Of a DNA stretch of 64,000 nucleotides, positions 35,476 through 44,830 are shown one piece after another. A model generated the notes under the pieces. The model did no database searches, was not told the origin of the DNA, and saw only the letters and a program-made list of their open reading frames with translations. The stretch covers positions 4,379 to 68,378 of the forward strand of contig CBFCWN010000008.1 in assembly GCA_965601515.1 (NCBI GenBank), given 5' to 3'. This DNA comes from an uncultured Myxococcales bacterium. GTDB lineage: Bacteria > Myxococcota_A > Polyangia > Polyangiales > Houyiibacteriaceae. The position numbers were made by a program, and so were the translations under genes. How positions within the stretch are numbered: the first letter of the stretch is position 1; every line of letters begins with the position of its first letter.

Positions 35476-36048
35476 GTGAGAATCCTTACTCAAACCGCGG
35501 GCCCTCCGTGGACTGCTCCGTGCCTTCGGCGCACAGCCAGTGCGGCGCTCGCCCTGGGAGCACTCCTCGTCGCCTCTCCTGCAGCGGCCCAACAGGGTCA
35601 GATCCAGTGCGTCGTCACCGAGAACGGCTCCCCCGCGCGGGGATCTTTCGTGGTCGAGCAGTCCGGCAAAAAGGTGGCGAGCGGCTCCTGCGCGAAGGCG
35701 GTTTCAGTGCCCGCAGGATCGAGCAAAGTGACCGTCCGGCTCGATGGTGCCGTCGATAACCCGGCACAGATCGTCGAAGTCACCGTAACCGCGGGCAAGA
35801 CCAGTCAAGCACGCGTGGATTTCAAAACCGCCGTGCTCGAGGTTCGCATCGAAACCCGCGGACAAAAGGGAACCGGATTGGTCGCGGTCGAGAAAGGCGG
35901 AAAGCGGATCGCGACCATTCCTCACGGCGTTCCCGCACGGCTCAGCGCCGGCAGCTACGACGTCGTCATTCGCCTCGGCGGCGAGGAGCGTCGCACCAAG
36001 GTCGATTTGCGCCCGGGGCAGAGGCGCCTCGTCCGCGCGCAGTTCTAG
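35476..36048 (+). CDS. hypothetical secreted beta-rich protein (two PEGA-like repeats)
   Basis: Signal peptide ending PAAAQ; two similar beta-strand units (VPAGSSKVTV / LSAGSYDVVI). Confidence 0.65.
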   Translation: MRILTQTAGPPWTAPCLRRTASAALALGALLVASPAAAQQGQIQCVVTENGSPARGSFVVEQSGKKVASGSCAKAVSVPAGSSKVTVRLDGAVDNPAQIVEVTVTAGKTSQARVDFKTAVLEVRIETRGQKGTGLVAVEKGGKRIATIPHGVPARLSAGSYDVVIRLGGEERRTKVDLRPGQRRLVRAQF

Positions 36049-36129
36049 AAGATCCGCGTAAAAACACGGAATAAAAGCGAAACGGCCGTATACTCGACCG
36101 GTCTTTGCACACTGCTACGGTCTGACGAG

Positions 36130-38715
36130 ATGTCCAACATGCCGGAGTTGGCGCGCCGTTCCGCAACGCCTGCGCCCTACGCGCCCAACGCGATTCTGCG
36201 ATGGCTCTACCGGCGATTCTTCTCGAACATCCGAGTCGACGAAAACTGGAGCCGCGGAGTTCGGGAAGCCGCGAGCGAAGGCGTCGTCGTTTATGTGATG
36301 CGCTCGCTGAGCTTTCTCGACTTCCTGTGTCTCGATTTCCTGCTCAAGAAGTTCGGCCTGCCGCTGGTTCGCTTCGTGAACGATCTAGGCCTCTGGATCC
36401 TGGAGCCTTTCGGGAAGGGCGAACGACGGCTGAGCCTCCGCCGGCAGATCCCTGAAACCGAGGCGCTCGAGCAGACCGTCGGCGATGGCTATAGCGCGCT
36501 CTTGTTTCTGAGGCGGCCGCCTAAGCTCGGCACCAAGGCACGACGAGGAAGAGCCCTCAAGGCAGATCTCATCGCCACGCTGGTGGGGAAGCAGCGGATC
36601 AGCGAACGCCCCATCCTTCTCGTCCCGCAAACGTTCGTCTGGAGCAAGCAGGCCGGCACGGCGACGCCGGGTCTGCTCGATCTTCTCTTCGGGCCGGTTC
36701 AATGGCCCGGCCGCGTTCGCGTGTTCTTCCAGTTCCTCCTGAACTACCGCGACGCGAAGCTCCGTTCGGGAGAGCCCTTCAATCTGAAGGAGTTTCTCGA
36801 CAAGAACCCCGGCCTCAGCGACACGGAGGCGGCGGACAAGGTTCGATACGCTCTGCTCCGCCGCATGGAGCGGGATCGCGCCGTGATCATCGGCCCGATG
36901 AAAAAGACGACGGCGCGCATCCAGGACGAGATCCTGAGGAGCCCGCGAGTCCGAGCTCAAATCACACAGTACGCGTCCGAAAAGGGCATCCCGTATTCGC
37001 GGGCCGAGAGGGTCGCGCGCAAGCAGCTCCAAAAGCTCTGCGCGAAACAGAGCCTCTTCGTCATCGACCTGATGCACCGATTCCTCACCTGGACGTGGTC
37101 GAAGATGTACGACGGCGTCGTCCTCGACAAAGAAGGCCTCGAACGCATGCGGGACGCCGCGCGGGACGCTTCGCTCGTCCTCTTGCCGAGCCACAAGAGC
37201 CACATCGACTATCTCGTTCTGAGCGACCAGCTCTACGCGAACGCGATGATGGCGCCCCTCATCGCCGCCGGCGAAAACCTGAGCTTCTGGCCCCTCGGCG
37301 TCCTGCTTCGGCGCGGCGGCGCGTTCTTCATTCGTCGGAGCTTCCACGGAGACAGCCTCTACCCTGTTCTCGTCGAGGCCTACGTCCGCAAGCTTTTGGC
37401 CGAGGGCTTCTCCCTCGAGTTCTTCCTCGAGGGCGGCCGCTCACGCACAGGCAAGGCACTGCCGCCCAAGTACGGTTTGCTTTCGATGGTCGTCGATTCG
37501 GCGACGAAGCTCAACAGCACCAAGGTCAAGCTCGTCCCGATCTCGATCGGGTACGAACGCATCATCGAAGAGCGATCTTTCGTGCACGAGCTCTCGGGCG
37601 GCGACAAGCAGTCGGAAAACATGGGAGGCCTCATCCGCAGCTCCAGCGTTCTTCGTTCGAAGTGGGGTCGCCTCTACGTCCAGTTCGGCGAGATCATCGA
37701 CTTCGACGAGTTCGCAAGCACGCAGGTACAGCGGCAAGGAAGCGCCGGCGCGACCATCGACGAAATCAACGAACAGCAAAAGCGGTCGGCGGTGCGAGCG
37801 CTCGCACACAAGGTGATGTACTCGATCAACGAGGTCACGGTCGTCACTCCGGCCGCGCTCGTTGCGACGGCGCTGCTCAGCCATCGTAAGCGAGGCATGA
37901 CGCGAGCGTCGCTGACCGCGTCCTGCGAGGCGTTCATGAAGACCCTCGAACAGATGGGCGCACGTGTCGCCCACCAGCTTCGTGTCGGCGACGGACGCAT
38001 CCGGGAAGACACCATCGATGAAGCGCTTGCGCTGTTCCTCGACGCGCGACTCATCGTTGCACACGACACTGGACCCGAGCCGATCTACACGATCGACTCC
38101 GAGCGACGCATCGCTCTCGAGTACTATCAGAACACGATCATTCACTTCTTCGTGCCGCGGGCTCTCGTGGCGTCGGCCCTCCTGGTCGACAAAGAAGAGT
38201 GGGTCGACGTGGGAAGACTGAACGATCGAGTGCAACAGCTGTCTCGCTTGTTCAAACACGAGTTCATCTTCCGCACCGACGCGTTGTTTGACGAGATCTT
38301 CGAGGACACCGTCCGCGATATGGTCAAGGATGGGGAAATTGAAACACGCCCCGGTCAGCTTCAGGCGAGCGAAGGAATCAAGAGGCAGCGACTCATCCGA
38401 TATACGACGATGCTGCAGACGTTTTTCGAGAGCTACCTGCTGGCACTTCGTGGAGCAGAAATCGTCCTTGATGGCCCCATCCAGAAGAAGGACTGGTACA
38501 AGCGCACGCTGGCACTCGGGCAGCAGATGTACCTGGCAGGCGAGATCGAGCGCCGCGAATCACTGTCGAAGCTGAAGCTCGAAACGGCGCTCAAGGCGCT
38601 TCAGGACTACCAGCTGGTGCAGCTCAACGGCGATACGCTGGAGCGCGGCGAAGGTGTCGAGAGCGTCGAAGACCTCCACGCACTCGAACCGAAGCTAACC
38701 GGTTTTCTTCGCTAG
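36130..38715 (+). CDS. plsB: glycerol-3-phosphate 1-O-acyltransferase
   Basis: HKSHID (HX4D), GAFFIRR, FLEGGRSRTG, VPISIGYE. Confidence 0.9.
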   Translation: MSNMPELARRSATPAPYAPNAILRWLYRRFFSNIRVDENWSRGVREAASEGVVVYVMRSLSFLDFLCLDFLLKKFGLPLVRFVNDLGLWILEPFGKGERRLSLRRQIPETEALEQTVGDGYSALLFLRRPPKLGTKARRGRALKADLIATLVGKQRISERPILLVPQTFVWSKQAGTATPGLLDLLFGPVQWPGRVRVFFQFLLNYRDAKLRSGEPFNLKEFLDKNPGLSDTEAADKVRYALLRRMERDRAVIIGPMKKTTARIQDEILRSPRVRAQITQYASEKGIPYSRAERVARKQLQKLCAKQSLFVIDLMHRFLTWTWSKMYDGVVLDKEGLERMRDAARDASLVLLPSHKSHIDYLVLSDQLYANAMMAPLIAAGENLSFWPLGVLLRRGGAFFIRRSFHGDSLYPVLVEAYVRKLLAEGFSLEFFLEGGRSRTGKALPPKYGLLSMVVDSATKLNSTKVKLVPISIGYERIIEERSFVHELSGGDKQSENMGGLIRSSSVLRSKWGRLYVQFGEIIDFDEFASTQVQRQGSAGATIDEINEQQKRSAVRALAHKVMYSINEVTVVTPAALVATALLSHRKRGMTRASLTASCEAFMKTLEQMGARVAHQLRVGDGRIREDTIDEALALFLDARLIVAHDTGPEPIYTIDSERRIALEYYQNTIIHFFVPRALVASALLVDKEEWVDVGRLNDRVQQLSRLFKHEFIFRTDALFDEIFEDTVRDMVKDGEIETRPGQLQASEGIKRQRLIRYTTMLQTFFESYLLALRGAEIVLDGPIQKKDWYKRTLALGQQMYLAGEIERRESLSKLKLETALKALQDYQLVQLNGDTLERGEGVESVEDLHALEPKLTGFLR

Positions 38716-39555
38716 ACGGCCTCGGCGACGCGACCACACCGAGCATACGTCCTGGAGCGCGCAGGCCGAGCACTTCTCCATGTCGGGTCGACTCGGGCAC
38801 TCGCGAGACACGCCAAGGTGACAGAGCGCGAAGTCATACTTGACGGGATCGTTTGGGTCGAGCTTCCGAAGGTTGTCGGTGATCTCTTCGGCCGTCGCCC
38901 AGCTCGCCGTACGCCGTTTGGTGAGTCGAAGATTGCGACTGATTCGATGGATGTGGGTATCGACCGGGATCACGAGGTCGGATGCGGGTATCGGCCAGAG
39001 CCCGAGGTCGACGCCGTCCGCCGGCCTCACCATCCAGCGCGCGTACAGCACCAGTCGCTTGCAGGCACTTCCGGCACGCGGATCGCTGACGAGGTGTCGC
39101 ATGCTGCGATCCGGGCTCCTACCCCGCAGCTCATCGGCGAAGACGGCGAGACTCTCACGGAAATCCCCGTTCGACTCGAGGTGGTAGGACGCGAAGGCTG
39201 CACCGAGGGTCCCGTGCTTCTTCTGGAGGCGTCCGGCGCGGGACAGCATCGTGGCCACGTGTCGCCCTCGATAGATGCGATGCGTGAATCCCGCGAATCT
39301 CCGCTCGAGCATGCCTGGCCGCTCCTCGCGCGCGGTCGTCGCTGGCGCGTCTCCCAGCAGGTCGAGCGCGCGTCCGATGCTCTGCCGGGCCGCGACCGCG
39401 TTCCCGAACGCGAGACCCGCAGCCAACAGCCCAACGATCTCCCGATCCTCGATAGATGTGTAGCGGTGAACGAACTCGACCGGATCGCGGCCCAACGTTC
39501 GAGGCGCGTCGTGGTTCTCGAGTAGCGCATCGAGGCGTTCACGGATACGGTCCAC
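38695..39555 (-). CDS. TIGR02757/DUF2400 family protein
   Basis: DPVEFVHRY, SACKRL, RWMVR, VDLGLW, IPVDTH, DPVKYDFAL; C-terminal Cys cluster; GTG start assumed. Confidence 0.9.
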   Translation of the reverse strand: MDRIRERLDALLENHDAPRTLGRDPVEFVHRYTSIEDREIVGLLAAGLAFGNAVAARQSIGRALDLLGDAPATTAREERPGMLERRFAGFTHRIYRGRHVATMLSRAGRLQKKHGTLGAAFASYHLESNGDFRESLAVFADELRGRSPDRSMRHLVSDPRAGSACKRLVLYARWMVRPADGVDLGLWPIPASDLVIPVDTHIHRISRNLRLTKRRTASWATAEEITDNLRKLDPNDPVKYDFALCHLGVSRECPSRPDMEKCSACALQDVCSVWSRRRGRLAKKTG

Positions 39556-39593
39556 GGCGTTGGGGTTCTTGCTATATTGACGAGGCACTCGCA

Positions 39594-40133
39594 ATGATCG
39601 GACGTCGCCTCCTCAGACGCTTCTTCGCACCGCTTGTCGTGCTCGCCATGGTCGTCGTTGGCTGCAACCGCGGTGCTTCCTCGGCCGAGCCGACCACTCC
39701 AGAGCCAACGAGCACCGTACGGCTCGACCTCGGGATCCGTCTGAGCGACGGTCGCTGGCTGGAGCTGGCGGACCTCCGTGGAACGCCAGTCCTCCTGTTC
39801 GTCTTCGCTACGTTCGACGCCGCAAGCCAGGCGTCACTCAAGTCTCTTCGTCCATTCGTGCCACAGCATCCGGAGCTGATCGTCGTCGGCGTGGCCGCCC
39901 AGCCTCGTGCTGCACCGTTGGTCGAAGCCTGGGCCTACGCGCTCGACCCGCCCTTCGTCGTCGGAGCCGATCCGTACGGCAACGTCGAAAACGGAGAGAG
40001 CGTGCTCGGGAAGATCGAGCAGGTCCCGACGTACGTGTTGTACAACGCAGAGGGTTACGAGATCGATCGAACATCGGGTCTCCTCAGTGAGGGAGACCTC
40101 GCCGAGCTCGTGCGTCCGGTGGCACCTAACTAG
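39594..40133 (+). CDS. TlpA/thioredoxin-fold lipoprotein lacking CxxC
   Basis: Lipobox VVGC; LADLRG.PVLL.VFAT, VPT.VL.N.EG pattern; CxxC position reads DAAS. Confidence 0.65.
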   Translation: MIGRRLLRRFFAPLVVLAMVVVGCNRGASSAEPTTPEPTSTVRLDLGIRLSDGRWLELADLRGTPVLLFVFATFDAASQASLKSLRPFVPQHPELIVVGVAAQPRAAPLVEAWAYALDPPFVVGADPYGNVENGESVLGKIEQVPTYVLYNAEGYEIDRTSGLLSEGDLAELVRPVAPN

Positions 40134-41814
40134 CGTCCGGGGTCTTCCAGAGCGGATCGAGCCTCGGTCCGAGCCGCTCTCGAAGCAACTCCTCGACGCC
40201 GTCGGACGTCTCGCACGCAAGTGCATCGTTGGCGACCTGCGACGCAAGACCAAGGTCGACGCGTCGAATGACAGCACGGGCGAGTGGCAGCGCCGTGACC
40301 GGTACGGAGACGCTGCGAAACCCAAGCCCCGTCATGAGCCCGAGCGCGATGGGATTCGTCGCGACGTCTCCGCAGAGCGAACACGGGATGCCCGCTCGGT
40401 CGGCGGCGGCCGTCACGGCAGACAAGAGATGAAGCACCGCGGGATCGAGGGGGGTAGCCTCGGCCCTCGCATCGCTTCGAGGCGACGCGAGCGTGAAGTG
40501 CGAAAGATCGTTCGTCCCCACGGCAAAGAAGTCCGCGTGTCGGGCGAACCGGTTCGCCAGGAGAGCGGCCGACGGAACCTCGACCATCATGCCGACGGGG
40601 ACGGACTCGAGCCCAAGCTCGGCACATGCCTCGGACACGAGGTCCCGAGAGGACTGAAACTGTTGAACCGTTGCGACCATGGGGAACATGATCGCCAAGT
40701 CTCCGGCGCCGCTTGCGCGCAAGATCGCGCGGATCTGGCTCCGGAGCCAAGTCGCTTCGTGTCGGGACAGGTCGGTCGCTCGGAGCCGCTTGTCACCTCG
40801 CCAGTCGAACGTTCGGAACGCGACACTGCGTGGCGACATCGCGCGAACGACCTCCTCATAGACGCGCGCCTGCTCATCCTCGGAAGGAGGCTCGGCGCGG
40901 TCCAGGCACATCAGCTCGGTTCGATAGAGACCGATTCCCTCGGCGCCGCTCTCGATCGCGGCTTCGACCTCGCTCGGAAGACCGACGTTCGCAGCGACCT
41001 TGATCTCCACGTCGTCCTCGGTCTTCGCGGGGCCCTCGACGGGCGCTTCCTCGAGAAACGAGATGAAACGAACGTGGCGCGATTCGGCTTCCTGTCGCTC
41101 CTCCACGGTGAAACGGACCGAAACTTCGCCGGAGAACCCATCGACGAGAACGTCTTCGCCTTCCTTGATCTCGGCGATGCGGGGCCCCGCCGCAACCACG
41201 GTTGGAACACCGAACGCGCGAGCGAGAATCGCCGTGTGGCTGCTTGGAGCCCCTCCCGACGTGACGAGCGCCGCGGTCGGAGGAGCCAACAATCGCACGG
41301 CGTCAGCTGGCGCGAGGTCGGCGGCGATCAAGACCGACGCGGACGGCGGAGCGGGAGTGAGCCGGGACTCTCCGCGCAGCTCGCGAAGCACATGCTCTTC
41401 GAGATGATCGATGTCGCGGGCGCGTTCTCGGAAATAATCGGACGAATCACCAAGAAGTGGCGCTCGCAGACGCTCGGCGACTTTGGCAACCGCCCAGTCA
41501 GCGTTCACTCGGTCGCGACGGATCGCGTCTCGGACCGCATCCACGAAGACCGAGTCGTCGTGCATCAGCAAGTAGACATCGAGGATCGACGCATATTCCG
41601 CACCTTGCTGCTCTGTCAGTTGCTCCTTTGCGGTTTCGATTTCCGCTCGAGATTGCTGAAGCGCTTCGTCGAACCTCTCGAGCTCGACGCCGACGCCGTC
41701 TTCGTCGATTCGCGCGTAGTGTCGGCGGCTCGCCTCGTCGCCGAGAACTCGGGCGGGAGCGATCGCGATTCCTGCGGACGCGGCAAAACCTCGGAGTCGA
41801 AGCGGCTGCGTCAC
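40126..41814 (-). CDS. ptsI: PEP-protein phosphotransferase (PTS Enzyme I)
   Basis: SHTAILAR phospho-His, GIGLYRTE, MVEVPSAA, GTNDL, LCGD. Confidence 0.92.
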   Translation of the reverse strand: MTQPLRLRGFAASAGIAIAPARVLGDEASRRHYARIDEDGVGVELERFDEALQQSRAEIETAKEQLTEQQGAEYASILDVYLLMHDDSVFVDAVRDAIRRDRVNADWAVAKVAERLRAPLLGDSSDYFRERARDIDHLEEHVLRELRGESRLTPAPPSASVLIAADLAPADAVRLLAPPTAALVTSGGAPSSHTAILARAFGVPTVVAAGPRIAEIKEGEDVLVDGFSGEVSVRFTVEERQEAESRHVRFISFLEEAPVEGPAKTEDDVEIKVAANVGLPSEVEAAIESGAEGIGLYRTELMCLDRAEPPSEDEQARVYEEVVRAMSPRSVAFRTFDWRGDKRLRATDLSRHEATWLRSQIRAILRASGAGDLAIMFPMVATVQQFQSSRDLVSEACAELGLESVPVGMMVEVPSAALLANRFARHADFFAVGTNDLSHFTLASPRSDARAEATPLDPAVLHLLSAVTAAADRAGIPCSLCGDVATNPIALGLMTGLGFRSVSVPVTALPLARAVIRRVDLGLASQVANDALACETSDGVEELLRERLGPRLDPLWKTPDAS

Positions 41815-42089
41815 GATTCCTCCCCGAAACCGTCTGCGACGAGCTCCCCAAGCGCTTCCACCGCAGCGGATGCGTCCGAGCCCACGGCCCGAAACGTGAG
41901 CTCGCAGCCCCTGTGCCCACAGAGAAGAAGGACGCCCATGATGCTCTTCGCGTCCGCGGACTGACCGTCCTTGCTGACTTCGACGTGGGACTCGAAGCGA
42001 TTCGCCACATCCACCAGCTTGGCTGCCGCCCTCGCATGAAGCCCCAGCCGATTCGGCACTTCCACCGTCGTTCGCGCCTCCTCCGTCAC
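41811..42089 (-). CDS. ptsH: HPr family phosphocarrier
   Basis: GLHARAA (His15) and AKSIMG (Ser46). Confidence 0.95.
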   Translation of the reverse strand: MTEEARTTVEVPNRLGLHARAAAKLVDVANRFESHVEVSKDGQSADAKSIMGVLLLCGHRGCELTFRAVGSDASAAVEALGELVADGFGEES

Positions 42090-42955
42090 GACGAGACTCG
42101 CTCAGCGTCTCGATGCGTCACAACTACGTTGTGATCGTCCGAGAGCTGGCGTCTGAGCTCCTCGGCCAACGCGACGGAGCGATGGCGACCACCCGTGCAG
42201 CCGAGCGCCACTGTCAGATACGCCTTTCCTTCGCGGGCGTACTGAGGGATTGCGAACGAAAGAAGCGGGCCGAGATGTCCGATGAGCTCCTGAGTCTCAG
42301 GGGCCGATAGAACGTAGTTGGCGACGTCCGGATCGAGACCCGTCTTTGCACGAAGCTCGTCCACGAAGTGTGGATTTGGCAAGAACCTGAGGTCGAAAAC
42401 CAAATCGGCGTGAACGGGAATCCCGTACTTGAACCCGAATGAAAGGAGGCGAACGACCATCGACGGTCGCGCCACCTCACGACCCACGTACTCGATCAGG
42501 TTTCGGCGGAGGTCGTGTACGGAGTAGTTCGTCGTATCGATGACGACGTCAGCTCGTTCTCGGAGCTCGGCGAGCCTCTGCCGTTCGTTCGAAATCGCCG
42601 CTTGGAGGTCCCCCTCCGGAGCAAGCGCGTGAGGTCGCCGCGTCTCGCTGAATCGTCGGATGAGCACGTCGTCGGCGCAGTCGAGAAAGATCACGCGCAC
42701 CTCGTGCCCAGCTTCCTCGAGCTCTGAGAGTGCCTCGGTTGCACCGCTGAGGAACGCGCCGTTTCGTACGTCGATCCCAAGGCCCACCCGCTCGAGCTCA
42801 CCCCCACTCTTCGCAAGCCCGAGTAGGTCGAGTGCGAGCGATGGCGGGAGATTGTCGACGCAGAAAATACCTGCATCCTCGAGCACGTGAAGCGCGGTAC
42901 TTCGGCCGGCGCCCGACAAACCGGTGACCACGAAGACCCTCGGTGCCGCGCTCAT
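42086..42955 (-). CDS. rapZ: RNase adapter RapZ (YhbJ/YvcJ family)
   Basis: TGLSGAGRS, CVDNLP, RRFSETRRPH, SFGFKYG, RFLPNPH, GCTGGRHRSV. Confidence 0.95.
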   Translation of the reverse strand: MSAAPRVFVVTGLSGAGRSTALHVLEDAGIFCVDNLPPSLALDLLGLAKSGGELERVGLGIDVRNGAFLSGATEALSELEEAGHEVRVIFLDCADDVLIRRFSETRRPHALAPEGDLQAAISNERQRLAELRERADVVIDTTNYSVHDLRRNLIEYVGREVARPSMVVRLLSFGFKYGIPVHADLVFDLRFLPNPHFVDELRAKTGLDPDVANYVLSAPETQELIGHLGPLLSFAIPQYAREGKAYLTVALGCTGGRHRSVALAEELRRQLSDDHNVVVTHRDAERVSS

Positions 42956-43953
42956 TCGGACGACCCCGAGTCGGGTTCTTCGACGTCGCCCATCAAAGAA
43001 TCGATGAATTTCTTGGCGCCGTGGTGGCCCGTGGCTTTCAAAATGTGGTTCCGGGCGGCCACTTCCAAGATGACCGCCATGTTGCGGCCGGGCCGCACGG
43101 GAATCCGGAGCGACGGGAGCTCGACACCGAGCACCTCCACCGTGGAATCGTCGACGCCGAGTCGATCGTAGACCTCCGCGTCGTCCCACGGGCAGAGCTC
43201 GACCACCAGCTGAACGATCTTCTCGCTTCGGACGGCATTGGCGCCAAACAAGTCGCGCACGTTGATGATGCCGATGCCGCGCACCTCGAGATGGTTGCGG
43301 AGAGGCGCCGGCGCCCTGCCGAGGATCTGCTCCGACGGCAGGAGGGAAAGGATGACCTGGTCGTCGGCGACGAATCGATGGCCACGCTCGACGAGGAAGA
43401 GCGCGCATTCGCTCTTGCCGATGCCGCTGGGGCCGAGGAGGAGGATCCCAATTCCGTGAACGTCCATGAGAACGCCGTGACGGGATACCGACGGAGCCAG
43501 CATCCCATCGAGAGCGAGGTGCATCGATTGAATCGTTCGGCTGGATCTCGGCTCGGCTACGACGACCGGTGTCGATGACCTACGCGCCGCCTCGAGGAGC
43601 GCTTCAGGTGGCTCCACCCCTCGCGTCACGACCACGAGGGAAAGTCCGAGGGAGAACAGGCCCTCGAGCCGCTCCGCCTGCTCCGCCCGGTCGAACGACT
43701 CGAGGTAGGTGATCTCGGTCTCGCCCAGGATCTGGACTCGCGTCGGCACCACGCCATGCGTATGCCCAGTAAGCGCAAGCCCAGGCTTTTGGACGCGAGG
43801 ATGGTCGATCGTCCGCTCGAGCCCGTCTTCGCCAGCGACGAGTTGGAGAATGTGCTCGAGCCTGGGTTCCGCCAGGAGACGCGCAACGGTGATGCCGTGC
43901 TTCACGCGCATGCTCGGAAGGCCGCCGTATGCAGGGGTGGGCGAGTGGCTCAC
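42952..43953 (-). CDS. hprK: HPr(Ser) kinase/phosphorylase
   Basis: PGLAL.G, HGVL, GPSGIGKSE, RGHR.VADD, EVRGIGII, PVRPGRN. Confidence 0.96.
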   Translation of the reverse strand: MSHSPTPAYGGLPSMRVKHGITVARLLAEPRLEHILQLVAGEDGLERTIDHPRVQKPGLALTGHTHGVVPTRVQILGETEITYLESFDRAEQAERLEGLFSLGLSLVVVTRGVEPPEALLEAARRSSTPVVVAEPRSSRTIQSMHLALDGMLAPSVSRHGVLMDVHGIGILLLGPSGIGKSECALFLVERGHRFVADDQVILSLLPSEQILGRAPAPLRNHLEVRGIGIINVRDLFGANAVRSEKIVQLVVELCPWDDAEVYDRLGVDDSTVEVLGVELPSLRIPVRPGRNMAVILEVAARNHILKATGHHGAKKFIDSLMGDVEEPDSGSSE

Positions 43954-43993
43954 ACTCCAAGCATACGCGAGTGACGCCCGGCTGTCTCCAGTG

Positions 43994-44443
43994 TCAGGCT
44001 TCGGTCAGCAGCCGATACGCTTCTTCGTCTGTGGTCGCGCGAAGCAGCGCGTTCCTTCTCCTATCGTCGCGAAGGATGCGCGACACGCCCGCGAGCGCTG
44101 CCAGATGCTTCTCCGGCATCGAGCGTGGCCCGATGATTCCGACGATGATGTGGACAGGCAGGTCGTCAACCGCCGCGAAGTCGACGCCGCCAGGCGCGAT
44201 CGCCACGGCCGCCCTCAGCTCGTCGAAGTCGTCGATGCGCCCGTGCGGAATCGCGACGTGACTTCCAACCCCCGTGCTCGCGAGGCGCTCACGCTCGAGC
44301 AGCACGTCGCACACCGACTCCTCGTTCACGACCCCCTCCGGCATCGTCAGCAAGGAAGCCACTTCGAGGAGCGCATTCTCCTTGTCTGGCACGGACACGC
44401 CAACTCGCACACGCAAAGGATGGAACAAGTCCTGCAGCATCAC
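43994..44443 (-). CDS. ptsN: PTS EIIA (Ntr/fructose-type)
   Basis: ERERLASTGVG..VAIPH; position after hpf. Confidence 0.88.
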   Translation of the reverse strand: MMLQDLFHPLRVRVGVSVPDKENALLEVASLLTMPEGVVNEESVCDVLLERERLASTGVGSHVAIPHGRIDDFDELRAAVAIAPGGVDFAAVDDLPVHIIVGIIGPRSMPEKHLAALAGVSRILRDDRRRNALLRATTDEEAYRLLTEA

Positions 44444-44488
44444 AGACCGCGTGGCGATACCCCAGAGGCTCGCCTAGCGCAACGCGGA

Positions 44489-44815
44489 TCAGTCTTCGGG
44501 GTGCCGGAGCGACTCGCCGCTGTGGCGCCGTCGATCGGTCTCCGTTGCTTTCGCGTCACGAACCTGGCGGTCGATCTTGTCCACGACCTGGTCGATGGTC
44601 GCGTACATGTCTTCGGAGTGGCCGTGGCCCGCGTACTGGTGACCGTCTCCGGTGAGGTTCATGTCTACGCGATGAAGGTGTCGTTCGGTGGAGAACGTGA
44701 CTTCCGCATGAAGAGGCGCTCTCATGTACTTCTGTATCTTGCCGATCTTTTCCGATGCGTAGTTCTTGATTCCGTCCGAAGACTCCATGTTGCGAAATGT
44801 GAAACTGATACGCAT
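44489..44815 (-). CDS. hpf: ribosome hibernation promoting factor (short HPF/RaiA)
   Basis: TFRN.E.SD.IK.YA.EK, DMYATID....K..RQ; follows rpoN. Confidence 0.92.
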   Translation of the reverse strand: MRISFTFRNMESSDGIKNYASEKIGKIQKYMRAPLHAEVTFSTERHLHRVDMNLTGDGHQYAGHGHSEDMYATIDQVVDKIDRQVRDAKATETDRRRHSGESLRHPED

Positions 44816-44830
44816 CGAACCTCCTGCGAG

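Noticed and set aside
39907-41964. 685-aa ORF antisense to ptsI/ptsH
   Set aside because: Arg-rich shadow frame with no recognisable domain
42086-43408. 440-aa ORF suggesting extended RapZ or an hprK-rapZ frameshift fusion
   Set aside because: RapZ begins at ATG 42955 with an ordinary ATGA overlap with the hprK stop; upstream frame is non-homologous
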